NCBI GenBank assembly: GCA_951406725.2
Contig: OX597834.1
Coordinates: 17,608,001-17,672,000 of the forward strand
DNA length: 64,000 nt
Reading direction: 5' to 3'
Origin: Octopus vulgaris
Taxonomy: Eukaryota
Shown here one piece after another: positions 13,736 through 26,582 of the stretch. Every line of letters starts with the position of its first letter. Within the stretch, counting starts at the first letter, position 1. The notes beneath the pieces were generated by a model that was given only the letters and a program-made list of their open reading frames with translations, was not told where the DNA came from and searched no databases. Position numbers and translations under genes: made by a program.

Positions 13736-13840
13736 CATCACGGCTGATCATACCAGTCGGTTTCGCGCAAGGAGTACAATGGAGTGTTAAGTAACAATCC
13801 GATTATATAACATTACGCTCATCAGAGTTAACCGATATGG
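13736..13840 (-). ncRNA. Type I hammerhead ribozyme motif (Penelope-like pLTR), stem I imperfect
   Basis: Minus strand reads CUGAUGA (13825-13819), stem II GCGUAA/UUGCGC, GAAA (13764-13761), stem III CC-gacu-GG, cleavage triplet GUA. Stem I is partly paired (CGGUU/AGCCG) but mismatched next to the core. Confidence 0.6.
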
Positions 13841-14819
13841 AAGGGAATATGGCGACTGCTCTGTATAGGCGAAGGTGAACTGACACATCCAGTTTGCGGT
13901 TGCTGTGAAAAAGGTGGTGAAAAGAAAAAAAGACAGGGAATTAGTTTAGGAGTTATGGGGATGGGCTCACCCTTTCCTCACAGGAGGCTCTCTTGTAGGC
14001 TGGTATTTCAGTTCGTATAACTCATCCTTGTAAGTAACCGGAATGTGGAATTAAAGAGCGATTTGTTTATTTGCCCGGTTTCAAATTTTTCAGTGGTAAA
14101 ACCTTCCAGCAGTAAACTAGTATCTGTCTTTCTTTCATTCATTGTACACGACTGAAATCAGAAATTACTGTCACCTTCTTGGATCCTTGAAATTCGTAAA
14201 CAATTCGAATGATATAATATTAATTTTTAACCTTACCACTTGGCCAAGAAAGATGTAGAGACGGATTGCTGGTATTGTAAAGTCGACCCCAAAGTGTTGA
14301 AAGTCAAAATTCTATTCGAGAGATTTTACACTCAGAACGTATATGGACATGACAAGGTATTTTTTGTATTCTTCCCTGTCTACCACATTACTACTACGTT
14401 ATATGTTTAGCGTTGTCGTCGTCACTCTAGTAGTAGCTTTTTCTGTACTAAATGTTAATGCGGATGCAAAGTTAGGAATAACGAAAGAGCCATTCTTGAA
14501 TTTAGTTAAGAACAGATACAAGTCCACTAACAATATGCTTCGTGTGAAGCTGTGCATGACTGTGAAAAGTTACATACTGTTTAGCCTTGTCACACTCTGT
14601 GTGGAAAGGAATGTGATAGGAAATCTAAGGAAAAATTTCGTACCATAATTAGTTCGCTAGTAGCGTAGGATTGATTCGTACACATATCGTACAGTATAAA
14701 AGGCCTGCCATACACCGTTGCCGCTGGAAGTAATTTCTGTGGCTTAGGCCACGTGTGGACAAACTTAGCTGCTCCCCACGACAACGATGTGTCTAGGTCG
14801 AAGTTCGGCGAAGAAAAGA

Positions 14820-15712
14820 TGATTTTTTTTTATTTCTCACAAGGGGCCAACGAAGAGGGGACAATACAGACACATGTGGGGACATATAAAAATGAAAAAA
14901 TAAAAAATTTAAACGGATGATATACATGAATGATACAATGAAAATGATAATGAAAATGAGCTACTTGTCCCACCTCAAGCAGCATCACTTGCTTCCTTTT
15001 ATCTTTTAAATTCCGAGTCCTTTAAAATGTCTATACCATATTTCTCGGTCAGCCCCTCGTACTTTATATTGTCTGGCATCGTCTTTAAATCACAAATCAC
15101 CCTCCAACACTTATAACCCCTCTTGAATTTCAATATTTCGTCTGTTTTGCTTTCGGATACTAGAACACATGAGTGCCATCCATCAATGTTTGTCCATCCT
15201 TTGACTTGGACAAATCTTGCAGTCTTCCATTTTATTATCTTATTGAGCAGTTCCTTGTCCACACCTTCAACCATTATACACGCGAAACAATTTTCAGTGA
15301 GAGGGGGAGTTTGTTGATCCTTGTGTGTTTGTATTTCTTTTCTCTCTTGCTTTGTGTAGGTTTGGTGTCTGTGGGAGAGGGTGGGTCTGAAAGCGTATAG
15401 GTGGGTGGGTATTGGTTTGGGGTTCTACTTCACTCTGTCCTTTCTTCCACTTCCTTTTTCTTCCTTCAGCTACCATCCACTGTTCTTCGTTTCTCTTTTC
15501 TTCCTGTTGCACCTTCTCCGACTCCTTTCCAACTTCCTCCTGACTTCTCTGCTTCTGTAGAGAGCAATGTGCTCTAATGTGACCTTTTTGACTACAATTA
15601 AAGCAACAAGGGGTTCTTCCCTACACCCACACTCTCAACGCTACATCTCCAATGGTCACCGTCTCCACCATATTTTCCAGTATTTCTGCAGTACCCTGTA
15701 TAATCAGGTCTA
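14820..15712 (-). mobile_element. 5'-truncated L1/Tx1-like element: gag-like ORF1 (CCHC knuckle) followed directly by a 3' tail
   Basis: Minus-strand CFNCSQKGHIRAHC zinc knuckle (~15565-15610), basic linker, ORF ending ...DILKDSEFKR* at 14999. Then ~180-nt T-rich UTR ending GCCCCTTGTGAGAAATAAAAAAAAA. Confidence 0.6.
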
Positions 15713-17149
15713 GTGTTTGGCCTTTCCATACCGAATTTTCTGTTTTTGTGGCTTGGAGGACGGCTATTTCATAACATTTATGGTTTCACAAACGAGTGCG
15801 TATATGTTTATATTTACTACTGCAAATATATCTCTGAAGAAGTTAAATTAATTATTCTTAATTACCAGGCAGGGATCACGATTTCGCTCCTGCGTCATAG
15901 TTATAGCAAGAATTTTTCAATTATTAAAATGGATTAATCATCAGCTGTCTCATTTGCAGTTAACACAAAATCAAATTCTAGAAAATTATATGTGCATGTG
16001 GTATCGGATATGAGTGTTGGGGAGGTCGTCTGAGCCTGTCAACCCCGTTTGGCTATTATGTGACTATATTACTACTATTGAATTTATCAATAAAAGGCAG
16101 ACAACGGTCGCTTTAAGTCTCATAGTCTGTAAGAGAGAGATTCAGTTGGTCCGGGGACTAGGTGTGTGTGTGTGTGTGTATGGTGGGGGATGAATAGAGG
16201 CCAGAGACTATCTGCTGGATTCCCCCCTAAAAAGAAAATCACGTTTAATTTTGAGAGAAAAGATGACGGAAGCAGTCTTGTTCCACCTTCCCAAATTTCT
16301 CTCGAACTCCCTTGCGTGACTAAACATGTACTATTGAACGTGCACGACGGCGCTCTTATATTTTTGCCAACTCGGCGCTCTTACGTTTTTGCCAACTCGG
16401 TGCTCTATTATAACTGTTGTTGAGAATCGCACCAGGTCTGTTTGCCAAGCTTTCGTTGTCTATGATTTGATAAAAATACTTGACTCTTTAGTAATTCTGT
16501 AAATAGGTATTGTTGTAACATATATATATATTCTTTTCGCTTTGCATAGCAAGGTCGCTCTATAACTGACAGTTGTTTCAGTAGCTGTTGTTACTGAGCT
16601 GAAAATCTGCTCATAAATCTAGAGAATACAAACTTAAAACTATCTCTGCTCGAAATAATGCTTCTCAACAAAGAGAGGGATTTACTATTACTAAGAATTA
16701 CTGTTGTGCTGTTTGTTTTACCTCTATTTTGCACTCAAGCTGTATAAGATGATAATGATTGAGATAAAGGGATAAAAATCACAATTTCCTGATCATTTCA
16801 AAGAATATATACCTATTAAAGAAATCATTCTTTCATAGATACACGAATCAACATGGATTTTAAGTGCTAAGCAGATAAATGCTCGGGCTCTTTGCTATGG
16901 GTTTGATTTTGATATTTTTACGAAGTCAACGTTATAACTCTTGTTCTAGACATTAGATTGTTATACAGTTTGATCTGAAGGAAGAGATAGTTGCAAAAAA
17001 AAAAAAAAACCCAAAAAGAAAAAAACATGGGCAGAGGCGGAATTTGAGCCGGTTGACATTCTGGAAAATGGGGGCTGGATAATAATGGCTAGTGCAGGGC
17101 CTGAAAGGAGGGGTATTATGAGGAAAAAAATGAAGAGAGGAGAAACATC

Positions 17150-17460
17150 TAAATTATGTTGGCTTGGGTTGAAATGAAACAAGCCCAGCCAACTCAAAGG
17201 GTATTGTAGAGTGGTTGAAAAGGCGTGATGAGAGGAGAGCATGTATACGGTTCATAAAGGGGTGTGGTGAACAAATTCTTTGCCAACCAGTTGAGTTCTT
17301 TTGGATGCCGTCTAGTATTTTTCTGTGTGTTCTAGCAACACTGCTCCATATGTGAGAGCAATTTTCCATTGTGGGTCTCGCTTGAGCTTTGTAAAGTTTT
17401 CGCAACTGTTGAGAGCTGAAGTATGTTTTGGTTTTAAAGAGGAAGGGACGCAGTTATTGC
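17150..17460 (-). mobile_element. L2/CR1-group LINE RT C-terminal fragment
   Basis: LRKLYKAQARPTMENCSHIW (cf. LYKAQIRP.LEYCSHIW). Confidence 0.7.
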
Positions 17461-17884
17461 AATCTTCTGAATGTGAGATCACCAGGTGAGACTTGAATTT
17501 TCTCTCAAATTTATGGCCTTGTGCCTATGTTAGAAACCAATAAATTCATTGCAATATTGAAAAGTTATCACTGAAGGAGTAATGGCATGATGTGGTATAT
17601 ATCTCGGAAACAGTAAAGAGGTATATATATATATAGTGTATCGGCGAGGATGTGATGAGGATATTTTGAAAAGTAAATATGAATATATATTACACGAACG
17701 TTTAGCATCTCTTCGATATATCAGATTCCGTTGCAACGTAATAACAGCTGCTCGTCTTCGTTACACATTCATAGAATTTGCTTTGGTTTGTACGTTGGTT
17801 TATTATTTTCTGTATTTTTATGTTCGTTTTATTCCCTCCATTTAGAATTCCTTCTACTTAGTAGTTTACAGTCGTTCTTTCCGA

Positions 17885-18180
17885 GATAGAGGTGAGATGG
17901 GAAAAGAGAGGGGGGGAGGAAAGAGAAAAGAAGGACTGACAAAGAAAAGACGAGAGATATGCAAATAAAGAGAAAAGGAAGATATAAAAAAAAGATAGAA
18001 AGCAAAGAAGAGCAAACTATGAAAGAGACGAAAAGGAGGAGAAAATAAGAGGACAAGAAAGGAAGAGAAAGATGGAAAAGGGGAAAAATAGGAAATAGAA
18101 AGAGGCTGAAGAGAGTTGGGAGAGAAGATGAGACGGGTAAGGAAAGTAAATGAAAAGCAACAGAAGAGATGAGGGTAAGA
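17885..18180. repeat. Purine-rich (GA) low-complexity tract
   Basis: Nearly all A/G on the + strand. A similar tract lies at 22380-22640. Confidence 0.85.
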
Positions 18181-19689
18181 CAGCAATAATAAATTCCTCA
18201 CACTACACTCACCTACAAAAAAAATCCCTCATGAAAATGGAGTGATTGCATTGTTCTTTTTTGTCTATTTTTTTTTCAATAAGAAAACAGTTTGCGATGG
18301 AACAAAGATAAATACACACGAATTTTCTATCTGTAATATTAACCGTTCTATTTCTTTAGTTCAACTTATTTTCACTTCTTCTTTTAGAACCAGTTTTCAG
18401 GAATAGCCAAACTATTCAGGTTAACTTTTTTCAATAGAAGTTGATGAAATCTATAAAAGCTTCAGAAAACTAGTTGCAAAAATAGCAGTTGTTGTGAATT
18501 CTTTGCCTTCAAGAGGAAACGCTGTATTGAATCAGCAAGATACTTCATTATATTTGCCTTAAAATTACCTAACTAGAGTAACCAGAGCGAAATAAAATTG
18601 CTGCATCCACTAGGTAGTTACTTGATAAGCGGTTCGAATTCCTTTAAAAGTTTTTTCATTAGATTCTTTAAATTTTTAACAGCGACAGTAAATCAAATTC
18701 GTTATGTTATCAAGTAAGTCAGAAGGCAAATACATACTTCACATGGAAACAATAGATTCACATACCCACTTATATATATCCATCTTTCTTCCTTCGCTAC
18801 TCTTGGGAGGGTCGTTGGGATAAAGTTCTTAGGCACCTACTCTATAGGGTCCGATCAGAAGCGTAGCTGTCTTTTCGTTCGACGTCACTTCGTCAAACGT
18901 CTTTTCACCCACGTCTTTTTGTCCGATGATTTTTTTTGTCCAACAACTTTTTGTCCAATTTTAAATAAACTCTTTAGAAAACAATGTGAGATATCTCTAA
19001 TGATATATTCACAGAACTATAACGAGCCTTGTTATAGGATTGTTATTATCGTTCTTATTCCTTCTCTGTTAACAGTTTTACTTTCTCTTTTTCATTCTCC
19101 CTTTGAGTATGGTGCTGTTTATAGAGAGTGTTGTAAATTTAGTGTACACATTTTTAATCTACCCATCCCGAAATGACAAAGTTCATAGTATCGACCAAAA
19201 TAACAAAAGAATAGTAGTTGATGAAAGTGATTAGAGGAAGACGTGGCAAAACGCCCCCCTCCTTGGAAAAGTTCGATATTTACGTCAAAAATGCACTCAT
19301 CTTATTACAGATAGAAATTGCTATGGGCATAGAGAATAGCCATTCTTATGTTTCTGTGTAGTATGATTAATTGGAATAAAATCTTGCATAGATATATGCA
19401 AAAGAAATTTTTATCAGACATGGTCCGTTTTGCCCCATAAAATTGTTTATTACATTTTGCCATATTCAAATGCATACTCATGTGTATTGTCCTGGAATAC
19501 ATCTTTTATTTATAAAAAAAAAAACTGAAAATGACATAAATGAAAGTAAACTATGATCATGAGAAATACTGTTTCCTACTCTCAGTTTGCAGACCCATCC
19601 CACACTTGAAGGTTCATGGTTTTCTTTTTCTAAAGACACAGAAATAGTGCTCGATGTGACTGGTCAGCAAAGTAGCTGATTAGGGGATA

Positions 19690-20800
19690 CAAAGTTCATA
19701 CAAAGTTCCCAAATTAATGTAACGTCATCAATTTCAACCCCAGCTCACTTTTCATGTGGCCATTCCCTGCACAGCTGGCATTCAATCCAATTTTCTGTCG
19801 GGGTTCTTGATAAAGTTCGTCACAGAAATAGCAATGGAATTCCTTGTCTGTTGTTCTTGATGTGCAGGCTAGTGTCTTCAGCATACTTCCAGTGGTCTTG
19901 GGTTTGCGAGCATTTCTCCTTGCTGTTGGTTTAGTTGTTTTTTTCAAGGCTTTAGCTGAGAAAGAGAGAGAGAGAGAGTCTTTAAAAGGTGAACTAATGA
20001 GGCACTCTGAAGTTTGAGTGCTTCTTTTTTCTTGCTGTAGCCCGAGTTCGTGGAACAGGTGACAGGGAAACAACACAGATTCTTTGTTGTGGGGAATTGT
20101 GTTGGCTTACCTCTGTATCTTCTTGACTCTTGCATTCATCTGCACCTTTGACCGATGGATCATAAGACTGGGGAGGTGCAGGATCTACTTGTGGCTGTTC
20201 CTGTGATGGTGTTGGACTTCCTTTAGAATCAGCAATTTCAGTGACTTCTGCCAAAATGAAATCGACATCATCAAACACATCCGGATTGTATGGCCAGACC
20301 CCAGTGCAACGAAATCCATTGCAGGCGTTCTGAACTGTTGGAGGCTCGTATGAAGGCCTGCCCCAAAAGGCAGTAACTTTGAAGTCATCTCTTCGCTGAC
20401 CTGGGTGATTGATGATCCACTTATCAACTTCCTGGTTTTGACGGGCACAAAAAAGGTCCTGTCTAAGGGCTGAAGCTTGTGGCTGGTATGAAGTGGAATT
20501 GATACCATGACTACGCCATGCTTGCGAGCAAGCTCAATTGCATCCAAGTTAATGTGGATGTTGTGATTGTCCAAAAGAGGAGCACTTTTCTCTCAACAGA
20601 TGGATTTATATGATTATGAAATTACATAGCCGCTTAGAAAATGTTTCCTGATCAATCCATCCATTTTCGCCTCCACAAGCAACTGAACCTTCTGGTACTC
20701 TATGAAGCAGTTGGTTGGCTATGTGCTTCCTCTTGAAGATAAATTCAGGCGGTATAAAATGCCCGGTGACGCCCATTGCACACACAGATCTTTCCATGAA
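19690..20800 (-). mobile_element. pogo/Fot1-like DDE_1 transposase remnant with C-terminal PHD-like finger
   Basis: GHFIPPEFIFKRK...ENGWIDQETF; LDNHNIHINLDAIELARKHGVVMVSIPLHTSHKLQPLDRTFF; CYFCDELY...WIECQLCREWPHE after a frameshift. Confidence 0.8.
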
Positions 20801-23441
20801 TTCTATTGATTGCCAGAGAGTACGAGTAGAAAAGGTTACCTTGAACTCAACACCAAATGAGTCTTGCTTATATGTTAATAATCCCGCATTATCTATCTTT
20901 CCAGTTCATGATTGGTGATCTATCCTACTCTAAAGAGTACAGAACTGAGTTACCCATTCGTAGCTACTTGTCTATGCGTTGTTTCCTCACTGCACATCGT
21001 ACATTCAAACCCACACTCTGTGGTCCCTATCCTAACTCTAAGGAGATTAAACATGAGAGTTTCTTTTTAATGTATAAAATGGAATAAATGACTGATTCGA
21101 TAAGTTGATTGAATGTTTATTCTTTAGACAAACATGGTTCAAAATGTGGGAAATTTTGATTATGGACTGTTGCTGCTGCCACCTACACTTGCTTCCGGAG
21201 TAAGAGGAGAGAGTGAAGATTCCCTTCAAGGGGAGAGATCCACTTCAGGGTTTATAAGTCATTATTAATAGGTTTTTTTATTCTTTTGAGTGAGAGTATA
21301 TTAAATATTTCCATATAATTATTTTAAAATTTCTTTTTAGATGTCCTAGTAATAGATATTGCCATTTCGACTTTATTATGGGCTTCTCAGTACAACATAA
21401 CTTGATATCATGAAATTAGTTGGTCTATAGTCATTTAAAACCTTTAGATATTATATACGATCAATTTTTTTTTGTTACTCTCTTAACAGTGGAGAAAAGG
21501 TACAACTGATTAACATAATACAAAATTCTGAAGGCGATAAGTATATAGTTGGAAATAAATAATCTTGAATGGAAGCTGCAGTAAAATTTAATAAAGAAGA
21601 GGCCGCTGTGTATTACTTATATTACTGTGGTTTCGTTTTGACTAAGACCTTATGAATGAAGTTTGGTTGGTGGAAACTGTACAGAAGCGAGTTGAGTGAG
21701 TGTGTGTGTGTGTGTCTATTTATATTTACTGGTGTAAAAGTCGGTACTGTGCCAAAAAGCATAACATATTGATTTTATAAAAACAGAACGATAAAGTAAG
21801 TACCAGATTGTGTAAGTTCTAGGGTCATTATGATTGGTGGCGTGCTGGCAGAATCGTTAGCACGCCGGACAAAATGCATTTTGTCCGTCTTTGTAATCGA
21901 CTTACCCCTCCCCTAAAATTGCTGGTCTTGTGCCAATGTTTGAAATCATTATGAGAGCAGTGTCCTACCACGACAGAGTTCAATGATTGAAACCAGTTAG
22001 AGAATAGAGGAATAATGAATTGGTAAGTGATTTCATGTTTAGTAGTCGTTCGTAATCTTTCTGGTTCCTTCAGGGAGCGCACACACACAAACTTTCTAAT
22101 GCTGATCCTTCATTAGCACAAATTATCATTGTCAGCACACATTTTTATTTAGTTCTGGTGTGACTGGGTTGGTCGAAGAAAACAAACTGCACGTCCCTTT
22201 AGTTTTCATACTGTATCTTCTCAGATTAGTGCTTTTAACACGTTTCGTAAACATGCCATCATCTGATGGGCAAATATTAATAGATACGTAATTGCTGTCG
22301 ACACTCTGTTATTCATTAGAAACTTTGGGATATTGTTGCTTTTGGTTGGGTTAAAAGATAGGTTTGGGGACAACTAGGAGAAATAGGATAAATTAGGGTA
22401 GAAATGAGAAAGGGAAGCAGTGAAGGGAAGGATGAAAAAGAAGGGTCGAGAAAGAAAGAAAAAAAAAGTAAAGAGGAGAAAAAATGGAAAAACATAAGAA
22501 AGGAAAACAGTCAAGAGAGAAAAGTAGAAAAAGGTAGAGGAGGAAAGAAGAAAATAGAAGGATGGTAATATAGATAAGGGAAAAAGAAGAGGAAATGAAA
22601 ACAGAGAAGGAAGAAAGCAAAGAAGAAGTACAAGAACGAATGTGAATTAGATGTCAGCTATTTAATCAAGTGAAATGTCCAATGTTACGGAATCCTTAAA
22701 ACACGTACAGTAAATAGAGTAATTTTTTTCTTTTTCATGGAAGAGAATATTTAGATCCAATAAACTGTCCATCTCCTTTAATCCGACGCAATGTATGGGT
22801 GCGCGCGCGCCTCTCGTGATCGAGCACTAGGTTCTTGTTTCCTTTCTCCATCTAGCAGGCAAATCTAAATTCGCTGAGATTTTTTTTTACCGCACGCTAT
22901 TTATTTAGTACGCCAACGCTAACATGAATTATCTGAATTCAAGACAATGGCCGACTTGAGATAAAATAAGTACCTGTTGAACACTGATCGATGTAATCGA
23001 CTTAGCCACTCCCCGAAATTACTGGCCTTGTGTCAAATGTGAAGTAATTATAATAATGGTCTCAAATTTTGCCACGAGGGCAGCCATTTGAGAGTTACGA
23101 AGTTTTTGCGTACGACATTCCGTACATTTACCACCTTCATAAATTTACTAAATACGTAGCTTTTGATGTTTGTAAACAAGTGGGGCAGCCGTCTGTTGTG
23201 TGTTGGAACGGTGTTGCGTTTCGGTTGTGATTTTGGCTTTTGAAAATTCGTTCATTGCCATAAAGCCAGCTATAAAAAAGGGATAAAGAAATTAGGATGA
23301 ATGTTTTTTTGTTTGGGCAATAAAGCTATAGAATTTATGTCTTACTCTCACAAGGTTATTCAGTTGGTTATCTTCATATTTATCTCGTCTGAAATCATAA
23401 GCTATATGCGTTGTTCAGAATATATGGTCGTGTATGCAAGC

Positions 23442-23617
23442 CAAGCCTATCGCCAGACTTTGGTGGCTGAAGGTGCTTCAGAATATTCTGGGTGAGCACT
23501 AGTTTGTAGTAATGCTAAAATTGAGTTTCGAAATGTGTATCACTGTAAATCTGAGGGTGCACCATTGAATAGTAAAGGAGCAGTACCGTCCAGTGCTCCT
23601 TCTTAGCGACGGGCATG
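23442..23617 (+). mobile_element. hAT-like MITE (copy 2 of 3)
   Basis: Homologous to 7935-8112. Imperfect TSD ATGCAAGC/ATGCGAAC. Confidence 0.7.
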
Positions 23618-23652
23618 ATGCGAACACGCGCACCACAAACACACTTGAGATA

Positions 23653-23655
<3 letters not shown>

Positions 23656-23708
<53 letters not shown>
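23656..23708. repeat. (GA)n microsatellite
   Basis: Direct read. Confidence 0.95.
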
Positions 23709-23710
<2 letters not shown>

Positions 23711-23981
23711 AAGTGATGAATGGTACTTATCAAACTGAGATTTGAGAAATCATTGTTAGTTGACTATTTCGATCCATTGTCAGCCACACACGAGCTTATG
23801 TTTCCAGAAGCTGGAACCAGTGTCACATCTTGAATGACTTGTTTGCAGGCTGACATACTTAAAACGCCTTTAATTTGTGAAGAACAGGTGCTGGTATACA
23901 ATCCAACAAATTCTTCCTTAAAAAAAGAAAATCCACATTTGAAAACGTAGGGATCTGAAGGGGATACTTTAAAGAAAAAAA

Positions 23982-24016
23982 AAGTTGGAGAGACTGTCCG
24001 ACACGTTCGCACGCAT

Positions 24017-24055
<39 letters not shown>

Positions 24056-24103
24056 CGCACGCAATCATACATATGCGAACGTGTTGGACAGTCTCCTCAA
24101 CTT
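23982..24103. repeat. 30-bp inverted repeat enclosing a (CA)n loop
   Basis: Arm 23982-24011 AAGTTGGAGAGACTGTCCGACACGTTCGCA against arm 24074-24103 TGCGAACGTGTTGGACAGTCTCCTCAACTT. Confidence 0.9.
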
Positions 24104-24112
24104 ATATATACC

Positions 24113-24284
24113 TTTTACTTGTTTCAATTATTAATCTGCGACCGTGCTGAGGCACCACCTCGAAGAATTTTTAAAGCTTGGTATTTATTCTATTGGTCAG
24201 CTTTGCCGAACCGTTAAGTCACAGGGACGTAAACACACCAACAGTGGTTGTCAGGCAGTGGTGGGAGACGTACATAGACACAAA

Positions 24285-24317
<33 letters not shown>

Positions 24318-24448
24318 CAGGCTTCTTTCAGTTTCCGTCTACCAAATCCACACTCAATACTATAATAGAAGACACTTGCTCAAAGTGTTACGCAGTAGGA
24401 CTGAACCCGGAACTGTGTAGGGAAGCAAATTTATTACCATACAGCCAC
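24113..24448 (-). mobile_element. SINE family B (CORE-like, internal (CA)n)
   Basis: Matches 50855-51260: GGCTTCTTTCAGTTTCCGTCTACCAAATCCAC...GAAGACACTTGC...GGACTGAACCCGGAAC. Confidence 0.8.
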
Positions 24449-24713
24449 TTGAAGGCTGAGGAAGGCGCAAGTAGGGAGTGAGGATTGCAATGACTGGTGA
24501 AAATCTGAGTTTAAAGATGGGGTGAGGGAAAGCAGCGATAAATGAGTAGGACAGTGAGGGTAGGGATAGGGAGTGGGAGATAATCATAGTGTATGAAGAG
24601 AAAATGCAAGGAAGAAACAGATGCAGTTTAGAAGAGATGTAATTTGGTTTCCTGGGGTAGAGTGTGGGAAAGTTTCATTGTTACATGTGGGTGGAACACA
24701 ATGCTTCTAGCAC

Positions 24714-25460
24714 TCAATTTCGCTGACGTGGGCAGGTCTCCTCTAGAACCTCATATCGCCAGACATCTCGACCCATTCTCATTTCCTCCGTGAGCCCTAA
24801 CATCCTGAGTTCAGTCTTCACCACTTCATCCCATGCCTTCCTGGGTCTCCCTCTTCTACATGTACTATCCACTTTCAGTGACGGGCACTTCTTTATACAG
24901 CTGTCTTTACTCATACGCATCACCTATTCAAGCCAACGCATTCTCTTCTCCTGCGTGACACATTTAATTCCTCTTATGCCCAACTTATCTCTTAACACAG
25001 TTGCGCTTTGTCGTTCATGGACACTGATATTGCACATCTAACGGAGTATATTACCTTCATTCCTCTCCAGTCTACGCTTGTCCTCTGCATTCAGAGCCCA
25101 TGTCTCACTATTATGGAATACAGCCGTTCGTACACAAGCAATATACAATCTATCTTTCACACTGAGAGAGAGAGAGAAAGAGAGAGTCCTTTTGTTGTCA
25201 ACAGAGGTAGTAGCTCTCTGAACTTCCTCTATCCTATTCTTAGTCTAGAAACAATACTTTCAGAGCATCCACCACTGCTACTAACTTGGTCGCCCAAGTA
25301 GCAGAAACTATCTACTACCTCAAGCGTGCCTCCTGGGCATTTGAGAAAGTCTAAGTCCCACGTGCTCTTAGTGCTGCCACAAACGAAAGCGATCTCATCT
25401 TTTAATCTACCTGTGATTCTACTGCATCTCTTATACGTTTATAGCTTACATTAGGTGTAT
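24714..25460 (-). mobile_element. RTE-clade LINE 3' fragment
   Basis: MRMSKDSCIKKC...CRRGRPRKAWDEVVK...GRDVWR is a typical RTE C-terminus. VVDSFCYLGD motif near 25290-25320. Confidence 0.85.
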
Positions 25461-25599
25461 GAAACGTCGCATTTTTAATTACTTATTTTTGTAATTCAAA
25501 AACTCAATTATGTATAACTTGCATTTGATTTTGACTCTTTTTCTTTTCCAACAATATTGAAATACAAAATTCGCATCCACAGACCTCATGAAAGTGATA

Positions 25600-26310
25600 A
25601 CAACCAAACTATGTTGAGGGATTTTCTCGTATAAGTACAAACTGGGCTACTCTGCCGCAGAAGCACTACGGAAAATCAAGCGGGCCAATGGTTTTGTTGA
25701 CATCAGAACTGTTCAGAGATGGTTCCAAAGCTCCCGTTCAGGAGATGATAACCTTGAAAAGAAACCAAGAGATAGGCCAAAATCAGTTATTCGGCATGAT
25801 GGATTAAATACTTTGGTTGAACAAAGTCCCTAACCCTAAACACTAACCCAAACCTGCCATTGCACCTTAAAAAGTTAGTGGTCACTGTATGGTGGTCTGC
25901 GAAGGGAATTATTCATTATTTTTGCAACAAGGAAAAATGGTAACAGTAACATCGTATTGCCAGGAAATTGATTGTATGCATGAGAATTTGAAAAAGAAGC
26001 AACCCAGACTAGTGAATAGAGATGGCCCAATTTTGCACCACGACAATGCACGTCCTCACTCACACTCCTCAAACTACGGCCCAAAAGATGAAAGCCTGAA
26101 TTATGAGATTTTGCAACGTCCTCTCTATTCCCCTGATATCTCTCCTACTGATTATCAATTATTTAAGCATTTTGAGCTTTTCATAAGCAATAAAAGATTC
26201 TTAAGTAGAGAAGAGGTAATTGAAGCATTTATCAGTTTATCACAGCAACAGATGAATATTTTTTAAAGATGGAAGAGAGAAACGTTGGGTAAACGTCATA
26301 ATTGACGTTC
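25600..26310 (+). mobile_element. mariner (D,D34D) transposase remnant
   Basis: YKLGYSAAEA...RTVQRWF HTH; PILHHDNARPH; YSPDISPTDYQLF. Confidence 0.9.
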
Positions 26311-26512
26311 TTGGCTTTAAGAATCTCGCGAAAGGCCTAGTTGAAGGTCCAACCTTCCCAGTTCTTTTACAAAGCTTAGAAAAGCCGAAGGACCGCTGCA
26401 ATAAGTGTAAATCTGAGAGGGGAATATATTAAATAAAATCATAATTAACTGATTCTCCTGTATTTTCTTTCACCCAAAGCCATGAACTTTTCAGCACCCA
26501 CTCGTATAGATG

Positions 26513-26515
<3 letters not shown>

Positions 26516-26580
<65 letters not shown>
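26516..26580. repeat. (CA)n microsatellite
   Basis: Direct read. Confidence 0.95.
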
Positions 26581-26582
<2 letters not shown>

